Source: Candidatus Aminicenantes bacterium (GTDB lineage Bacteria > Acidobacteriota > Aminicenantia > Aminicenantales > Saccharicenantaceae). Taken from it: a stretch of DNA of 59,843 nt. Under the pieces are notes generated by a model, which was given only the letters and a program-made list of their open reading frames with translations, ran no database searches and was not told the DNA's origin. Where the stretch lies: assembly GCA_016867635.1 (NCBI GenBank), contig VGJC01000002.1, positions 1 through 59,843 of the forward strand. The letters run 5' to 3'. The translations under genes and the position numbers were made by a program. This document shows positions 17,735-27,932 of the stretch, piece after piece. Within the stretch, counting starts at the first letter, position 1; each line of letters opens with the position of its first letter.

Positions 17735-19780
17735 ATGAGCCATCAGCCTTACATCTCCGAGAAGACGGACCTGAGGGAATTCACCCTCCGGGCGTTGCTC
17801 GTCGGGCTCGTGTTGACCGTCATCCTCGGGGCGGCCAACGCCTACCTCGGCCTGAGGGCCGGCATGACCATCGCCGCCACCTACCCGGCGGCCGTCATCG
17901 GCATGGCCGTTCTCCGGATCATGCGGGGGTCCATCCTGGAAGAGAACATCGCCCGGACCGTCGGCTCCATCGGGGAGTCGGTGGCCGCCGGGGCCATCTT
18001 CACCATCCCGGCCTTCCTCATCTCCGGGGCCTGGCTGAAATTCAACACCGTCGAGGCCTACATCAAGTCCTCGGCCCTGATGTTCGTCGGCGGTCTGCTG
18101 GGGATCCTCTTCGTGACCTTCCTGCGCCGGGTCATGGTCACCGATCCCGACCTCGTCTTCCCGGAATCGGTGGCCGCGGCCGAGATCCACAAGGCCGGGC
18201 AGAAAGGCAGCCAGGGCGCCAAGTTCCTCTTCCAAGCCATGGGGCTCGGGGCCCTTTTCTACTCCCTGGGCGTTGTCCAGCTCTTCGCCGCCAGCAAGGA
18301 CTTCATCATCCGTGTGGGCAAGATCGGGGCCAGCTTCGTGCGCCTGGGCGCCGAAAAGGAAGCCCCCACGCTCGGCGCGGGGGGCACCGTCGCCGTTTCG
18401 GGCCCGGGCATCTATCCGGCCTATATCGGGGTCGGCTACATCATCGGGCCCCGCCTGGCCGCGCTCAACTTCGCGGGCGGTGTCCTGGCCTGGGGCCTCT
18501 TCGCCCCCCTGCTGATGTATTTCCTCGGCCCTCAGCTCATCGAGAGGTTCTACGGGCCGGGCGTGGCCATGGCCGACGTCAACTGGCCCGACATGGTCAC
18601 CAACGTCTGGAAATTCATCATCCGCCCGATCGCCGTCGGCGGGATGCTCGTCGGGGCCGGGTACACTCTTTTCAGGATGAGAAAGAACCTGGCCGCCGGC
18701 ATCAAGAGATCGATGGGCGATATCAAGAAGGCCGCCGGGCAGGCCGAGGTCTCCTCCCGCCTCGAAAAGGACCTCAACATCAAGGTCGTCTTGGCGGGCC
18801 TCGCGGCGACCTTCGTGCTGATGATCTTCGTCTACAAGGTCTTCGCCGGCAGCTGGCCGCCGGCCGTCCTGGCCGCCGTCGTCATGGCCATCGCCGGCTT
18901 TTTCTTCGCCGCCGTTTCGGGCAACCTGGTCGGGACGATCGGCTCCTCCAACAACCCGATCTCCGGCCTGACCTTGTCGACCCTGATCATCGCCGCCCTG
19001 CTCATGGTCGTCATCGGCGCGTCGGGGATGAGCGGGGTCGCCGCCGTGCTCGGTGTCGCCGCCGTCGTGTGCGTCTCCTCGGCCGTCGCCGGCGAGATGC
19101 TCCAGGACCTGAAGGTCGGGCACATCCTGGGAGGCACCCCCTACAAGATGCAGGTCGGGAACATCTTCGGGGTCCTCCTCTCGGCCCTGGTCATGTACTT
19201 CCCCCTGATGCTGCTGCACGGGGCCTTCACCTTCGGCAGCAAGGAACTGCCCGCCCCTCAGGCCGGCCTGATGGCCGCCCTGTCCCAGGGCATTGTCGGC
19301 GGCGAGATGGCCTGGCCGCTGGTCATCGTCGGCATGCTCATGGGTTTCGCCATGATCCTGGTCCAGGTCCGGTCCCCCATGCTGGTCGCCGTCGGGATGT
19401 ACCTGCCTCTCGAAACGACGTTCGCCATCTTCGCCGGCGGCATGATCAAGGGCGCCGTCGACAGCTTCAGTGTCCGGCGCCGGCACAACGAGGCCCAGAA
19501 GGCCCGCGTTTCGAACGTCGGCATCCTGCTCGCCGCCGGCCTGATCGCCGGCGAGGCCCTGACGGGCCTGGTGCGCGCCGCCTGGAAGTTCTTCTTCCTT
19601 CAGGACATCCTCCGCTTCGACATCCCGGAGATCTTCAAGGGCGCGGCCTATTTCGGGGTCGTGGACCGATATATCGGCGGCCTGATCGTTCTCGCGCTCA
19701 TCGGCGCCTACCTGATCCGGGTCCCGCTGCGGAACGCCGGCGCGGCCGACGAGCCTCCGCCGCCGTCCGCGGTCATCTAG
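17735..19780 (+). CDS. OPT-family oligopeptide transporter
   Basis: 681-aa polytopic protein with N-terminal ...REFTLRALLVGLVLTVILGAANAYLGLRAGMTIAA..., typical of the OPT superfamily. Confidence 0.85.
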   Translation: MSHQPYISEKTDLREFTLRALLVGLVLTVILGAANAYLGLRAGMTIAATYPAAVIGMAVLRIMRGSILEENIARTVGSIGESVAAGAIFTIPAFLISGAWLKFNTVEAYIKSSALMFVGGLLGILFVTFLRRVMVTDPDLVFPESVAAAEIHKAGQKGSQGAKFLFQAMGLGALFYSLGVVQLFAASKDFIIRVGKIGASFVRLGAEKEAPTLGAGGTVAVSGPGIYPAYIGVGYIIGPRLAALNFAGGVLAWGLFAPLLMYFLGPQLIERFYGPGVAMADVNWPDMVTNVWKFIIRPIAVGGMLVGAGYTLFRMRKNLAAGIKRSMGDIKKAAGQAEVSSRLEKDLNIKVVLAGLAATFVLMIFVYKVFAGSWPPAVLAAVVMAIAGFFFAAVSGNLVGTIGSSNNPISGLTLSTLIIAALLMVVIGASGMSGVAAVLGVAAVVCVSSAVAGEMLQDLKVGHILGGTPYKMQVGNIFGVLLSALVMYFPLMLLHGAFTFGSKELPAPQAGLMAALSQGIVGGEMAWPLVIVGMLMGFAMILVQVRSPMLVAVGMYLPLETTFAIFAGGMIKGAVDSFSVRRRHNEAQKARVSNVGILLAAGLIAGEALTGLVRAAWKFFFLQDILRFDIPEIFKGAAYFGVVDRYIGGLIVLALIGAYLIRVPLRNAGAADEPPPPSAVI

Positions 19781-19831
19781 CCGTTTGTCCGCGGGCCGCG
19801 TTTCGGCGTATAATGGCCCCGGGAGAACGAC

Positions 19832-20347
19832 ATGGCCGTCCGCGAGATCATCACTATCGGCCATCCGACGCTGGCCAGAAAAGCGAGTCCCGTCGAGGCC
19901 ATCGACGAAGAGATCGTCCGCCTGGCCACGGATATGGTCGAAACGCTGCACCGGGCCCCCGGGATCGGCTTGGCCGCCCCCCAGGTCAATGTCAGCAAGC
20001 GTTTGATCGTCGTGGACCTGTCGGTCGGAGAGAACACGGACGACTTGATCGTCCTGGTCAATCCCGAGATCGTCAGCCGGGAGGGCGAGGTGGCCTGCGA
20101 GGAGGGATGTCTGTCCGTACCTGACATCCGCGAGAAGGTCGCCCGGCCCTATCGTGTCCTCGTCCGGGGCCTGGGGCTCGACGGCCGGGCCGTCGAGATC
20201 GCGGGGGAAGATCTCCTGGCTCGCGTCCTTTGTCACGAGATCGACCACCTGGACGGGATCCTGTTCGTCGAGAAGCTCTCTCCCCTAAAAAGGGCCCTCA
20301 TCCGCAAAAAGCTGCAAAAGAGCCGCTCCGCCGGCGCCCAGGCATGA
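19832..20347 (+). CDS. def: Peptide deformylase
   Basis: Motifs GIGLAAPQ, EGCLS and HEIDH. Confidence 0.95.
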   Translation: MAVREIITIGHPTLARKASPVEAIDEEIVRLATDMVETLHRAPGIGLAAPQVNVSKRLIVVDLSVGENTDDLIVLVNPEIVSREGEVACEEGCLSVPDIREKVARPYRVLVRGLGLDGRAVEIAGEDLLARVLCHEIDHLDGILFVEKLSPLKRALIRKKLQKSRSAGAQA

Positions 20348-21294
20348 AAGTCGTCTTTTTCGGGAGCCCCTCCGCGGCCCTCCCCTCCCTTGCGGCCTTG
20401 ATCCGGGCGGGACACAGCGTCGAGCTCGTCGTCACCCAGCCCGACAGGCCCGCCGGCCGAGGGCGGAAACCGGCTCCCTCGGAAGTCAAGAAGTTCGCCG
20501 CGGACCGGGGCATCCCGGTCTTCGCACCGGCCAGGATCAGGAAGGACGATTCCGCCCTCGAGCGGATCCGCTCGGCCGCCGCCGACGTCAATGTCGTGGT
20601 CGCCTACGGGCAGATCATCCAGGACGCCGTCATTTATGGGCCCCGGCATCGGTCCCTCAACGTGCATTTCTCTCTCCTGCCCCGCTATCGCGGGGCGGCC
20701 CCCGTCCAATGGACGATCCTCAACGGCGACCCGGAGACGGGCGTCACCATCATCGAGCTCAACGACCGGATGGATGAAGGCGATATCCTGGCCCGGACAC
20801 AGGTCCCCGTCCGGCCCGGGGAAACGGCCCCCGAGCTCCAGGCCCGGCTGGCCGATGCGGGCGCGGAGCTTCTGCTCGAGACCCTCGGCCGGATCGACCG
20901 GATCACACCCGTCAAGCAGGACTCTGCCCAGGCCTCCCTGGCCCCGAAGATCAGCAAGGAAGACGGGAGGATCGACTGGCGGGAACCGGCCGAGGCCGTG
21001 GACCGCAAGGTCCGGGCCCTGGCCCAGAACCCGGGGACCTTCACCTTCCTGAAGGGCCGGAGGCTCCAGATCCATCGGGGGAAAGGCCTGCCGGACGGCG
21101 ATCTCTCCGCGGCACCGGGTACGATCCTGGCCATCCGCAGGGAGGGCCTGGTCGTGTCCTGCGGAGGCAGAACCTCCTATCTCGTGGAGAGACTGCAGGC
21201 CGAAGGCCGGGCGGCGATGACGGCCCACGATTTCTCGCTGGGGACGAAGATCGAGATCGGAGAGACGTTGGCGGACGGCCGGGAACCGGCCTGA
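20344..21294 (+). CDS. fmt: Methionyl-tRNA formyltransferase
   Basis: ATG 20344 overlaps the def stop (ATGA). MKVVFFGSP...VVTQPDRPAGRGRK and SLLPRYRGAAP motifs. Confidence 0.93.
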   Translation: MKVVFFGSPSAALPSLAALIRAGHSVELVVTQPDRPAGRGRKPAPSEVKKFAADRGIPVFAPARIRKDDSALERIRSAAADVNVVVAYGQIIQDAVIYGPRHRSLNVHFSLLPRYRGAAPVQWTILNGDPETGVTIIELNDRMDEGDILARTQVPVRPGETAPELQARLADAGAELLLETLGRIDRITPVKQDSAQASLAPKISKEDGRIDWREPAEAVDRKVRALAQNPGTFTFLKGRRLQIHRGKGLPDGDLSAAPGTILAIRREGLVVSCGGRTSYLVERLQAEGRAAMTAHDFSLGTKIEIGETLADGREPA

Positions 21295-21298
21295 GGAC

Positions 21299-22207
21299 CT
21301 ATTCTTCCAGGATGTAGTTCGAGGGATCGACCTTCTTGCCGTCTTTCCAGACCTCGTAGTGAACGTGAGGCCCGGCGGCCTTTCCGGTCTTGCCGATGTA
21401 GCCGATGACCTCTCCCCGCTTGACCTTTTTCCCGGCCTTGACGGCGAACTTGCTCATGTGGCCATAGACGGTGGTGAAGCCGTTCCCGTGGCTGATGGTC
21501 ACGCTGTTGCCGAGATACTTGTCGTACTGGACCTTGATGACGATGCCGTCAGCGGTGGACACGATGGGATTGCCCACGTTCGTCGAGATGTCGACGCCCC
21601 AGTGCATCGTCCAGGTCCCGGTGAACGGGTCGGTCCGGTGGCCGAAGCGGGAGCTCAGCCAGCCCGCGGCCGGCAGGACGGACGGCGTCGAGGCCAGGCG
21701 CAGGCTTTCGCTCTCGAAGTAACCGACCAGGCTGTTGAGGTTCCTTTCGATGCTCTCGGCCTTCTCGCTCAGGTTCTGGATCGCGAGGGGCGAAACCGCC
21801 TGGGGACCGCCTCGAAGGGCCGGGCCCCCGGCGGCCAACTCCCCTTCCGAGGGGCCGCCGCCGAGACCGGCCGGCGCCGTCAGGACGTCCGGCGATTTCA
21901 GTCCGGCCATGATATTGATCTTTTTGGCGTAGCTTTCGAGGTTGGCGACCGTTTCCCGGAGCTCGCCGATGGATCTCTCGTAACCCGCGATCAGGGCCTT
22001 CTGCTCGACCGTCTCCTCGGACAGGGCCGAGAACTTCCGGCGAACGGAGCTCATCGAAATATAGTCGACCAGGACGACGGTCAACGCCAGAACGAGGATG
22101 ACCGATCCGGCGCCCAGGGCCCGGAGAGCTTTCTGGGAGAAAGTCAGGGTCCGGCAGCTCGTTTTCGTATGGGGGACGATGATGAGAGAAAGATGTTTCT
22201 TGGCCAT
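21299..22207 (-). CDS. M23-family metallopeptidase (membrane-anchored, coiled-coil N-terminal region)
   Basis: HWGVDI and GPHVHYEV zinc-ligand motifs. N-terminal TM helix. Confidence 0.88.
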   Translation of the reverse strand: MAKKHLSLIIVPHTKTSCRTLTFSQKALRALGAGSVILVLALTVVLVDYISMSSVRRKFSALSEETVEQKALIAGYERSIGELRETVANLESYAKKINIMAGLKSPDVLTAPAGLGGGPSEGELAAGGPALRGGPQAVSPLAIQNLSEKAESIERNLNSLVGYFESESLRLASTPSVLPAAGWLSSRFGHRTDPFTGTWTMHWGVDISTNVGNPIVSTADGIVIKVQYDKYLGNSVTISHGNGFTTVYGHMSKFAVKAGKKVKRGEVIGYIGKTGKAAGPHVHYEVWKDGKKVDPSNYILEE

Positions 22208-22298
22208 TTTCCACGACCTAGGTTACACAGGGGGGCCCGGCCTGTCAAGGCTTTTTCAGGGGGAAATCTTCTCCCCCCGAGAGATTAGCCCCAAAAGG

Positions 22299-23060
22299 TC
22301 ACCCCCCGCAGAGGACGGCCCCGCCGTTGACGTTGACGATCTCTCCCGTGATGTGCCTGGCCAGGTCGGAAGCCAGGAAGAGGATGGGCCCGGCGATATC
22401 CTCGGCGGGGGGGATGCGCTTAAGCGGGATGGACTGGCGGACCTTCTCTTTGAAACCGGGGTCGCTGAAGCTTGGCGTGGACATGTCGGTATCGACCCAG
22501 CCGGGGGCGACGGAATTGACCCGGATCCCCCAGGGAGCCAGCTCCACGGCCAGGGACTTGGTCAGGGCGTGAAGCGCGCCTTTGCTGGCCGCGTAATGGG
22601 AATGCAGGGCCTCGCCCCTGACCCCGGCCGTGGAGGTCACGTTGATGATCCACCCTCGGCCTTTGTCTTTCATCCGGGGGACGACGGCGTTGGTGGCGTA
22701 AAAAACGCCGTCGATGTTGACGGCGACCGTTTCGCGATAGACGGCCTCGTCCATCCGGCCCATCTCGAGGTAGGTCCAGATGCCGGCGTTGTTGACCAGG
22801 GTGTCGAGCTCCCCCCACCGGCCGAGGATGTCGCCGACCGTCCGGTCCAGGGCGGACTTGTCCGCCATGCCGGCCTGGTACACGAGGCATTCGCGCCCCA
22901 GGGCGGCCACGCCCGCCCTGACTTCCTCGGCCGCTTCCCGGTTGTTGACGAAGGTGATGGCGACATCGGCGCCGGCCCGGGCGAAAAGCAGCGCCGCGGC
23001 CCGTCCGATCCCCCGTGAGCCGCCCGTGATGAGGGCCTTGCGGCCGTCGAGCCGGATCAT
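22299..23060 (-). CDS. SDR-family oxidoreductase (FabG-like)
   Basis: TGGSRGIG cofactor motif, NNAG, and catalytic YAASK. Confidence 0.88.
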   Translation of the reverse strand: MIRLDGRKALITGGSRGIGRAAALLFARAGADVAITFVNNREAAEEVRAGVAALGRECLVYQAGMADKSALDRTVGDILGRWGELDTLVNNAGIWTYLEMGRMDEAVYRETVAVNIDGVFYATNAVVPRMKDKGRGWIINVTSTAGVRGEALHSHYAASKGALHALTKSLAVELAPWGIRVNSVAPGWVDTDMSTPSFSDPGFKEKVRQSIPLKRIPPAEDIAGPILFLASDLARHITGEIVNVNGGAVLCGG

Positions 23061-23099
23061 ATCCCTGCCTCCCTGATCTTCATTTCCGGCCTCATGGGC

Positions 23100-25643
23100 C
23101 TACCCGGAATATCCCAGGGTGAAATCGCCCATCTTGTGAAATTCCAGATAGCGGTAGATGTCGGCCTCGTAGGGCAGGACCTTGTCCTTCATGACAGCCA
23201 GGTAGTCCGAGAACGAGGGGATCTTCCCCTGTATGGCGGTGACGGCCGCCAGCTCCGCCGAGCCCAGGTAAACCCTTGTGTCGTCGCCCATCCGGTGGTC
23301 GAAATTGCGCGTCGACGTGGAAAAGACGGTCGTCCCGGGCTTGACCCTGGCCTGGTTCCCCATGCACAACGAACAGCCGGGCATCTCCATCCGGGCCCCG
23401 GCCCCGGAGAATACGGAATAATTCCCCTCCCGCATGAGCTGGGCCGCGTCCATCTTGGTCGGCGGGGTCATCCAGACCCGGGCCGACGGCACTCCCGCTT
23501 TGTCGAAGATCCGGCCGGCCGCCCGGAACTGGCCGATGTTGGTCATGCAGGAACCGATGAAGACCTCCTGGACCGGATCGCCGGCGACCTCCGAGAGCGG
23601 CTTGACGTCGTCGGGGTCATTGGGACAGGCGACCAGGGGCTCCTTGACCCCGGCCAGGTCGATCTCCATCACGGCCTTGTATCCGGCGTGCGGGTCCCTC
23701 TTGAGCAGGACCGGGCGCTCCAGCCAGGCCCGGCAGGCGTCGATCCTCTTGCGGAGCGTTGCCGCGTCCTGGTAGCCCTCGTCGATCATCTTCTCCATGA
23801 GGGCGATGTTGCTCTTGAGGTACCCCGAGACACGGTCTTCGCTCAGGGAGATGACCGCGGCCGCCGCCGACCTCTCGGCCGAGGCGTCGGTCAGTTCGTA
23901 GGCCTGATCGACGGTCAGGTCTTCGAGGCCCTCCATTTCCAGGACGCATCCGTTGAAGACGTTCTTCTTGTTCTTCTTCTCGACCGTCAGCAGGCCTTTC
24001 TGGATAGCGAAATAGGGAATGGCGTTGACCGCGTCGCGAAGGGTGATGCCCGGGTTCATCCGGCCGGTGAAACGGACCAGGACGGACTCCGGCATGTCGA
24101 GGGGCATGAAGCCCAGGGCCCCGGCGAAGGCGACCAGGCCTGAGCCGGCCGGGAAGCTGATGCCGATCGGGAACCGGGTGTGGGAATCGCCGCCCGTGCC
24201 CACCGTGTCGGGCAGGATGAGGCGGTTCAACCAGGAGTGGATGACGCCGTCGCCCGGTTTGAGGACGACGCCTTTGCGGGCGACCATGAACGGAGGCAGT
24301 GTCCGGTGCATCCGGGCATCGGCCGGCTTGGGATAGGGGGCGGTGTGGCAGAAGGACTGCATGAACAGGTCGGTCTGGAACTCCAGGCAAGCCAGCTCTT
24401 TGAGCTCATCGGCGGTCATCGGGCCCGTCGTGTCCTGGGACCCGACCGTGGTCATGCGCGGCTCGCAGGCCGTCCCGGGGAGGACGCCCGGGAGGCCGCT
24501 GGCCCGGGCGACGATCTTCTGGGCCAGCGTATAGCCCTGGCCCTTCTTCGGCTCGGGATTCTCGACGCGGGTGAAGAACCCGGCCTCCGGCAGCCCGAGA
24601 GCCTGCCGGGACTTGGCCGTCAGCTGGCGCCCGATGATGAGGTTGAGCCGCCCTCCGGCCCGGAACTCGTCCTTCAGCGTCGGGGGCCTGAACTCGAACC
24701 TGGAGAGGATCTCCCCGGAAGCGGCCCGGATGTGACCGTCCGCGGTATCGAGGATGATGATGTCTCCCGTCTTCATCTTGGTGACATCGGCCAGCAGGGG
24801 AAGCCCCCCCGAATCTTCGGCCGTATTGAAGAAGATCGGGGCGATCAGCCCGCCGATGACAACACCGGCCCGCCTCTTGTTGGGGACGTAGGGGATGTCC
24901 TCGCCGATGTGCCACATCAGCGAGTTGCAGGCCGATTTGCGGCTCGAACCGGTGCCGACGACGTCGCCGACGAAGACCACCCGGTGGCCTTCCTCCCTGA
25001 ATTTTCGGATGGTCTCGTTCCCCCCGGGGAACCGGCTCTGGCCCATGGACTGGGCGTGCAGCGGGATGTCCGGACGCGTCGAAGCGTGTCCGGCAGGCGA
25101 GAAATCGTCGGTGTTGATCTCGCCGTCGACTTTGAAGACCTTGAGAGTAATCGGGCCGCGAAGGTCCGGCCGGGACAGGAACCACTCCCCGGCCGCCCAC
25201 GACTCCAGGACGGCCCGGGCATGGGGGCTCTTTCCGGACAATCCGGCGATCGTCTCGAAATGGCCGTAAACAAGGATCGTCCGCTTGAGCGCTTCGGCGG
25301 CGGCCGGGGCCAAAGACGGATGGCCCAGAAGCTCGACCAGCGGCCCGACATTATAGCCGCCGAGCATCGTGCCGAGCAGGAAGACGGCGTCCTTGTCTGA
25401 AACGGAGGCGGACTTTATCCCGCCGTCGGCCACCGAGGCCAGCCAGCGTGCTTTGACCTCGGCCGCGGGGTCGACGCCGGGGGGCACGCGGTTCTCGAGG
25501 AGCCCGCGGAGCAGGGCCGCCTGGTCCCCTTTCGATTGTTCGAGCCCCCGACAGACCTCCTCGACCTCGGCCGGCGTCAGGGGCAGAGGCGGAAGGCCGC
25601 TATCCTCCCTTTCCTTGGCCTTGGCGATATATGTCTCCAGCAT
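23100..25643 (-). CDS. acnB: Aconitate hydratase B / 2-methylisocitrate dehydratase
   Basis: Full-length AcnB-like sequence. Start preferred at MLETYIAKAKERE... (ATG 25643, RBS GGAGAG upstream) rather than the listed 25670. Confidence 0.9.
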   Translation of the reverse strand: MLETYIAKAKEREDSGLPPLPLTPAEVEEVCRGLEQSKGDQAALLRGLLENRVPPGVDPAAEVKARWLASVADGGIKSASVSDKDAVFLLGTMLGGYNVGPLVELLGHPSLAPAAAEALKRTILVYGHFETIAGLSGKSPHARAVLESWAAGEWFLSRPDLRGPITLKVFKVDGEINTDDFSPAGHASTRPDIPLHAQSMGQSRFPGGNETIRKFREEGHRVVFVGDVVGTGSSRKSACNSLMWHIGEDIPYVPNKRRAGVVIGGLIAPIFFNTAEDSGGLPLLADVTKMKTGDIIILDTADGHIRAASGEILSRFEFRPPTLKDEFRAGGRLNLIIGRQLTAKSRQALGLPEAGFFTRVENPEPKKGQGYTLAQKIVARASGLPGVLPGTACEPRMTTVGSQDTTGPMTADELKELACLEFQTDLFMQSFCHTAPYPKPADARMHRTLPPFMVARKGVVLKPGDGVIHSWLNRLILPDTVGTGGDSHTRFPIGISFPAGSGLVAFAGALGFMPLDMPESVLVRFTGRMNPGITLRDAVNAIPYFAIQKGLLTVEKKNKKNVFNGCVLEMEGLEDLTVDQAYELTDASAERSAAAAVISLSEDRVSGYLKSNIALMEKMIDEGYQDAATLRKRIDACRAWLERPVLLKRDPHAGYKAVMEIDLAGVKEPLVACPNDPDDVKPLSEVAGDPVQEVFIGSCMTNIGQFRAAGRIFDKAGVPSARVWMTPPTKMDAAQLMREGNYSVFSGAGARMEMPGCSLCMGNQARVKPGTTVFSTSTRNFDHRMGDDTRVYLGSAELAAVTAIQGKIPSFSDYLAVMKDKVLPYEADIYRYLEFHKMGDFTLGYSG

Positions 25644-25750
25644 GGTGTCTCTCCACAGGTCGTTGATCATCGCCCCGGCCGGGCGCGCCCCCTATGGTAT
25701 CGGTATCTCACGCCTTTTGTCAAAGCCGGAGTGGGCCCCGTAAATATCGT

Positions 25751-25779
25751 TTGCTTTTCACCTGGAAAAAAGCTAGAAT
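25751..25779 (+). promoter_or_regulatory. Putative promoter TTGCTT-17-TAGAAT for mdh
   Basis: TTGCTT 25751-25756, 17-nt spacer, TAGAAT 25774-25779. A short inverted repeat AGAATT-N9-AATTCT (25775-25795) overlaps the -10 element. Confidence 0.5.
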
Positions 25780-25831
25780 TTTTTTCCTGAATTCTTGTCA
25801 AAATATTCCACACACGGAGGGAATGAACAAC

Positions 25832-26764
25832 ATGCGAAAAAAGATCGCTCTCGTCGGCGGCGGGCAGATCGGCCAGATCCTGGCCATGCTCGCGGCCCAG
25901 AAGGAACTGGGGGACATCGTCATTCTCGACATCCCCGAGCTCGAGAATCCCGCCAAGGGCAAGGCCCTCGATCTCATGGAAATGGCCCCCCATGGCAACT
26001 ATGACGCCAACATCACCGGCACCTCGAGCTACAAGGACATCGCCGGAGCCGATGTCGTCATCGTCACGGCGGGCAGGCCCCGCCAGGCCGGGATGACCCG
26101 GGAGGACCTGCTGGCGGTCAACCTCGACATCATCAAGCAGGTCGCCGCCGGCATCAAGGAGCATGCGCCCAAGGCCTTCTGCATCATCGTCACCAACCCC
26201 CTCGACGCCATGGTCTACGCCTTCTCCAAGCTGACCGGCTTCCCCCGTCACCAGGTCATCGGCATGGCCGGGACCCTGGACACGGCCCGCTGGCGGGCGT
26301 TCGTCGGCATGGAGCTCGGCGTGTCGGTCTCGGACGTCGCCGGCACGGTCCTCGGCGGCCACGGCCCCGACATGGTGCCCCTGCCCCGGCTGACGACGGT
26401 CGGCGGCGTGCCGCTCACCGAGATCGCGACCAAGGAGCAGATCGACAAGCTGGCCACCCGGACCCGCGAGGCCGGTACCGAGATCGTCAAGCTCTTCGGC
26501 AAGGGCTCCGCGTTCTTCAGCCCGGCCTGGAGCGCCATCGTCATCGCCGAGTCTTACCTCAAGGACAAACGCCGCATCCTCCCCTGCGCCGCTCTCTGTC
26601 AAGGCGAGTACGGCGTCAAGGGCCTGTTCATCGGCGTGCCGGTCATGATCTCGGCCAAGGGCATGGAGAAGATCTACGAGATCCAGCTGAACGACGAAGA
26701 AAAGGCCATGCTCCAGAAGACGGTCGGCGTCGTCCAGAAGACCGTCGAAGAAACCAAGCTGTAA
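25832..26764 (+). CDS. mdh: Malate dehydrogenase (LDH-like family)
   Basis: MRKKIALVGGGQIGQ Rossmann motif. Start at ATG 25832 is chosen because GGAGGG lies ~10 nt upstream; ATG 25823 is an alternative. Confidence 0.93.
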   Translation: MRKKIALVGGGQIGQILAMLAAQKELGDIVILDIPELENPAKGKALDLMEMAPHGNYDANITGTSSYKDIAGADVVIVTAGRPRQAGMTREDLLAVNLDIIKQVAAGIKEHAPKAFCIIVTNPLDAMVYAFSKLTGFPRHQVIGMAGTLDTARWRAFVGMELGVSVSDVAGTVLGGHGPDMVPLPRLTTVGGVPLTEIATKEQIDKLATRTREAGTEIVKLFGKGSAFFSPAWSAIVIAESYLKDKRRILPCAALCQGEYGVKGLFIGVPVMISAKGMEKIYEIQLNDEEKAMLQKTVGVVQKTVEETKL

Positions 26765-26789
26765 GCTTACCTGAACTCCTCGAAGGCCC

Positions 26790-26823
26790 GGCCGGGGGCG
26801 GCGACGCCCCCGGCCTTTTTTTT
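26790..26823 (+). terminator. Rho-independent terminator of mdh
   Basis: 11-bp GC stem GGCCGGGGGCG (26790-26800) / CGCCCCCGGCC (26805-26815), GCGA loop, then T8 (26816-26823). Confidence 0.85.
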
Positions 26824-26926
26824 GGTTCTTCTCCCGTTTCCGGGAGATGAACCTTTTTTCCAGCCGTTTGACAAAAGCGCGCCGTCCGGGTATGACCTAA
26901 TTGGACATTGTTTAGGAGGGACCCTT

Positions 26927-27853
26927 ATGAGATCGATCTTCGCTCCTGTCAAGCGCATCCTCCCGGTCGCTCTGACCGTTCTTCTCCTCGCCGCGTCGGC
27001 GTTGCTTGCGGCCGGTCAGACCGCCCCCGCCAAACCCGCCCAGCCGGAGGCCCCGCCGCTCGTTGTCGAGGCCATCGCCGGCGGCCTCCATCTCGTCAAG
27101 GGCGGGTCCGGGGCCAACACCGCCTTCTACGTCACGGAGAAGGCGGCCTTCGCCGTCGACGCCAAGATGAGCGTCGAGTCGGCGTCCGCCATGTTGGCCG
27201 AGATCGCCAAGCGGACCTCGGCGCCCCTGACGACGGTCATCATCACCCACAGCGACGGGGACCACATCAACGGCCTGCCCGGGTTCCCCAAGGGATTGAC
27301 GATCGTCGCCCACGACAACTGCAAGGCCGACATCGAGAAGGCCGCCGCCGACCTGCCGGCCATCAAGGATTACATCCCCAACAAGACCTTCGACCAGGCC
27401 CTCCTCCCGCTCTTCAAGGGGACCGACGGGCGGATCGACCTCTTGTATTTCGGACCGGCCCACACGAGCGGCGACCTCGTCGTCTGGTTCCCGGCGGAAA
27501 AGGCCGTCTTCGTCGGCGACCTGCTCTTTGTCGGACGGGACCCGCTCATCCACCGCCACAAGAACGGCAGTTCTTTCGGCTACGTCAAGACCCTCAAGGG
27601 CCTGCTCGACCTTGCGCCGCGGGTCGAGGTCTTCCTCTCGGGCCACGCCGATCCCCTGGGCCGGGCCGACGTCGAGGCCCTCATCGCCTCCATGGAGGAC
27701 AAGCAGGCCAAGGTCAAGGCCATGATCGCCGAGGGGAGATCGCTCGAGGACGTCAAGAAAGCCTTCGGCATCGAGGACCGTCCCGCCGCGGCCGGCGGCC
27801 GCCGCTGGCTGAGCCTGGTCGAGACCATCTACCTCGAGCTCACCGGGAAGTGA
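26927..27853 (+). CDS. Exported MBL-fold metallo-hydrolase
   Basis: RBS AGGAGG before ATG 26927. Signal peptide MRSIFAPVKRILPVALTVLLLAASALLAAG. Metal-binding-like ITHSDGDH and later GHAD. Confidence 0.8.
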   Translation: MRSIFAPVKRILPVALTVLLLAASALLAAGQTAPAKPAQPEAPPLVVEAIAGGLHLVKGGSGANTAFYVTEKAAFAVDAKMSVESASAMLAEIAKRTSAPLTTVIITHSDGDHINGLPGFPKGLTIVAHDNCKADIEKAAADLPAIKDYIPNKTFDQALLPLFKGTDGRIDLLYFGPAHTSGDLVVWFPAEKAVFVGDLLFVGRDPLIHRHKNGSSFGYVKTLKGLLDLAPRVEVFLSGHADPLGRADVEALIASMEDKQAKVKAMIAEGRSLEDVKKAFGIEDRPAAAGGRRWLSLVETIYLELTGK

Positions 27854-27932
27854 TCCCGACGCCGCCCGTCCCCGGCCATCCGCGCCGGACCGGACCTCCG
27901 GGACGAGCGGAAAACGGACAAGGAGACCCCCC

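Noticed and set aside
22208-22298. GGGGGA-N7-TCCCCC hairpin downstream of the SDR gene considered as a terminator.
   Set aside because: It has a short 6-bp stem and no U-tract on the relevant (minus) strand. The region more plausibly holds the M23 peptidase promoter (TTGACA-like at 22248-22243).
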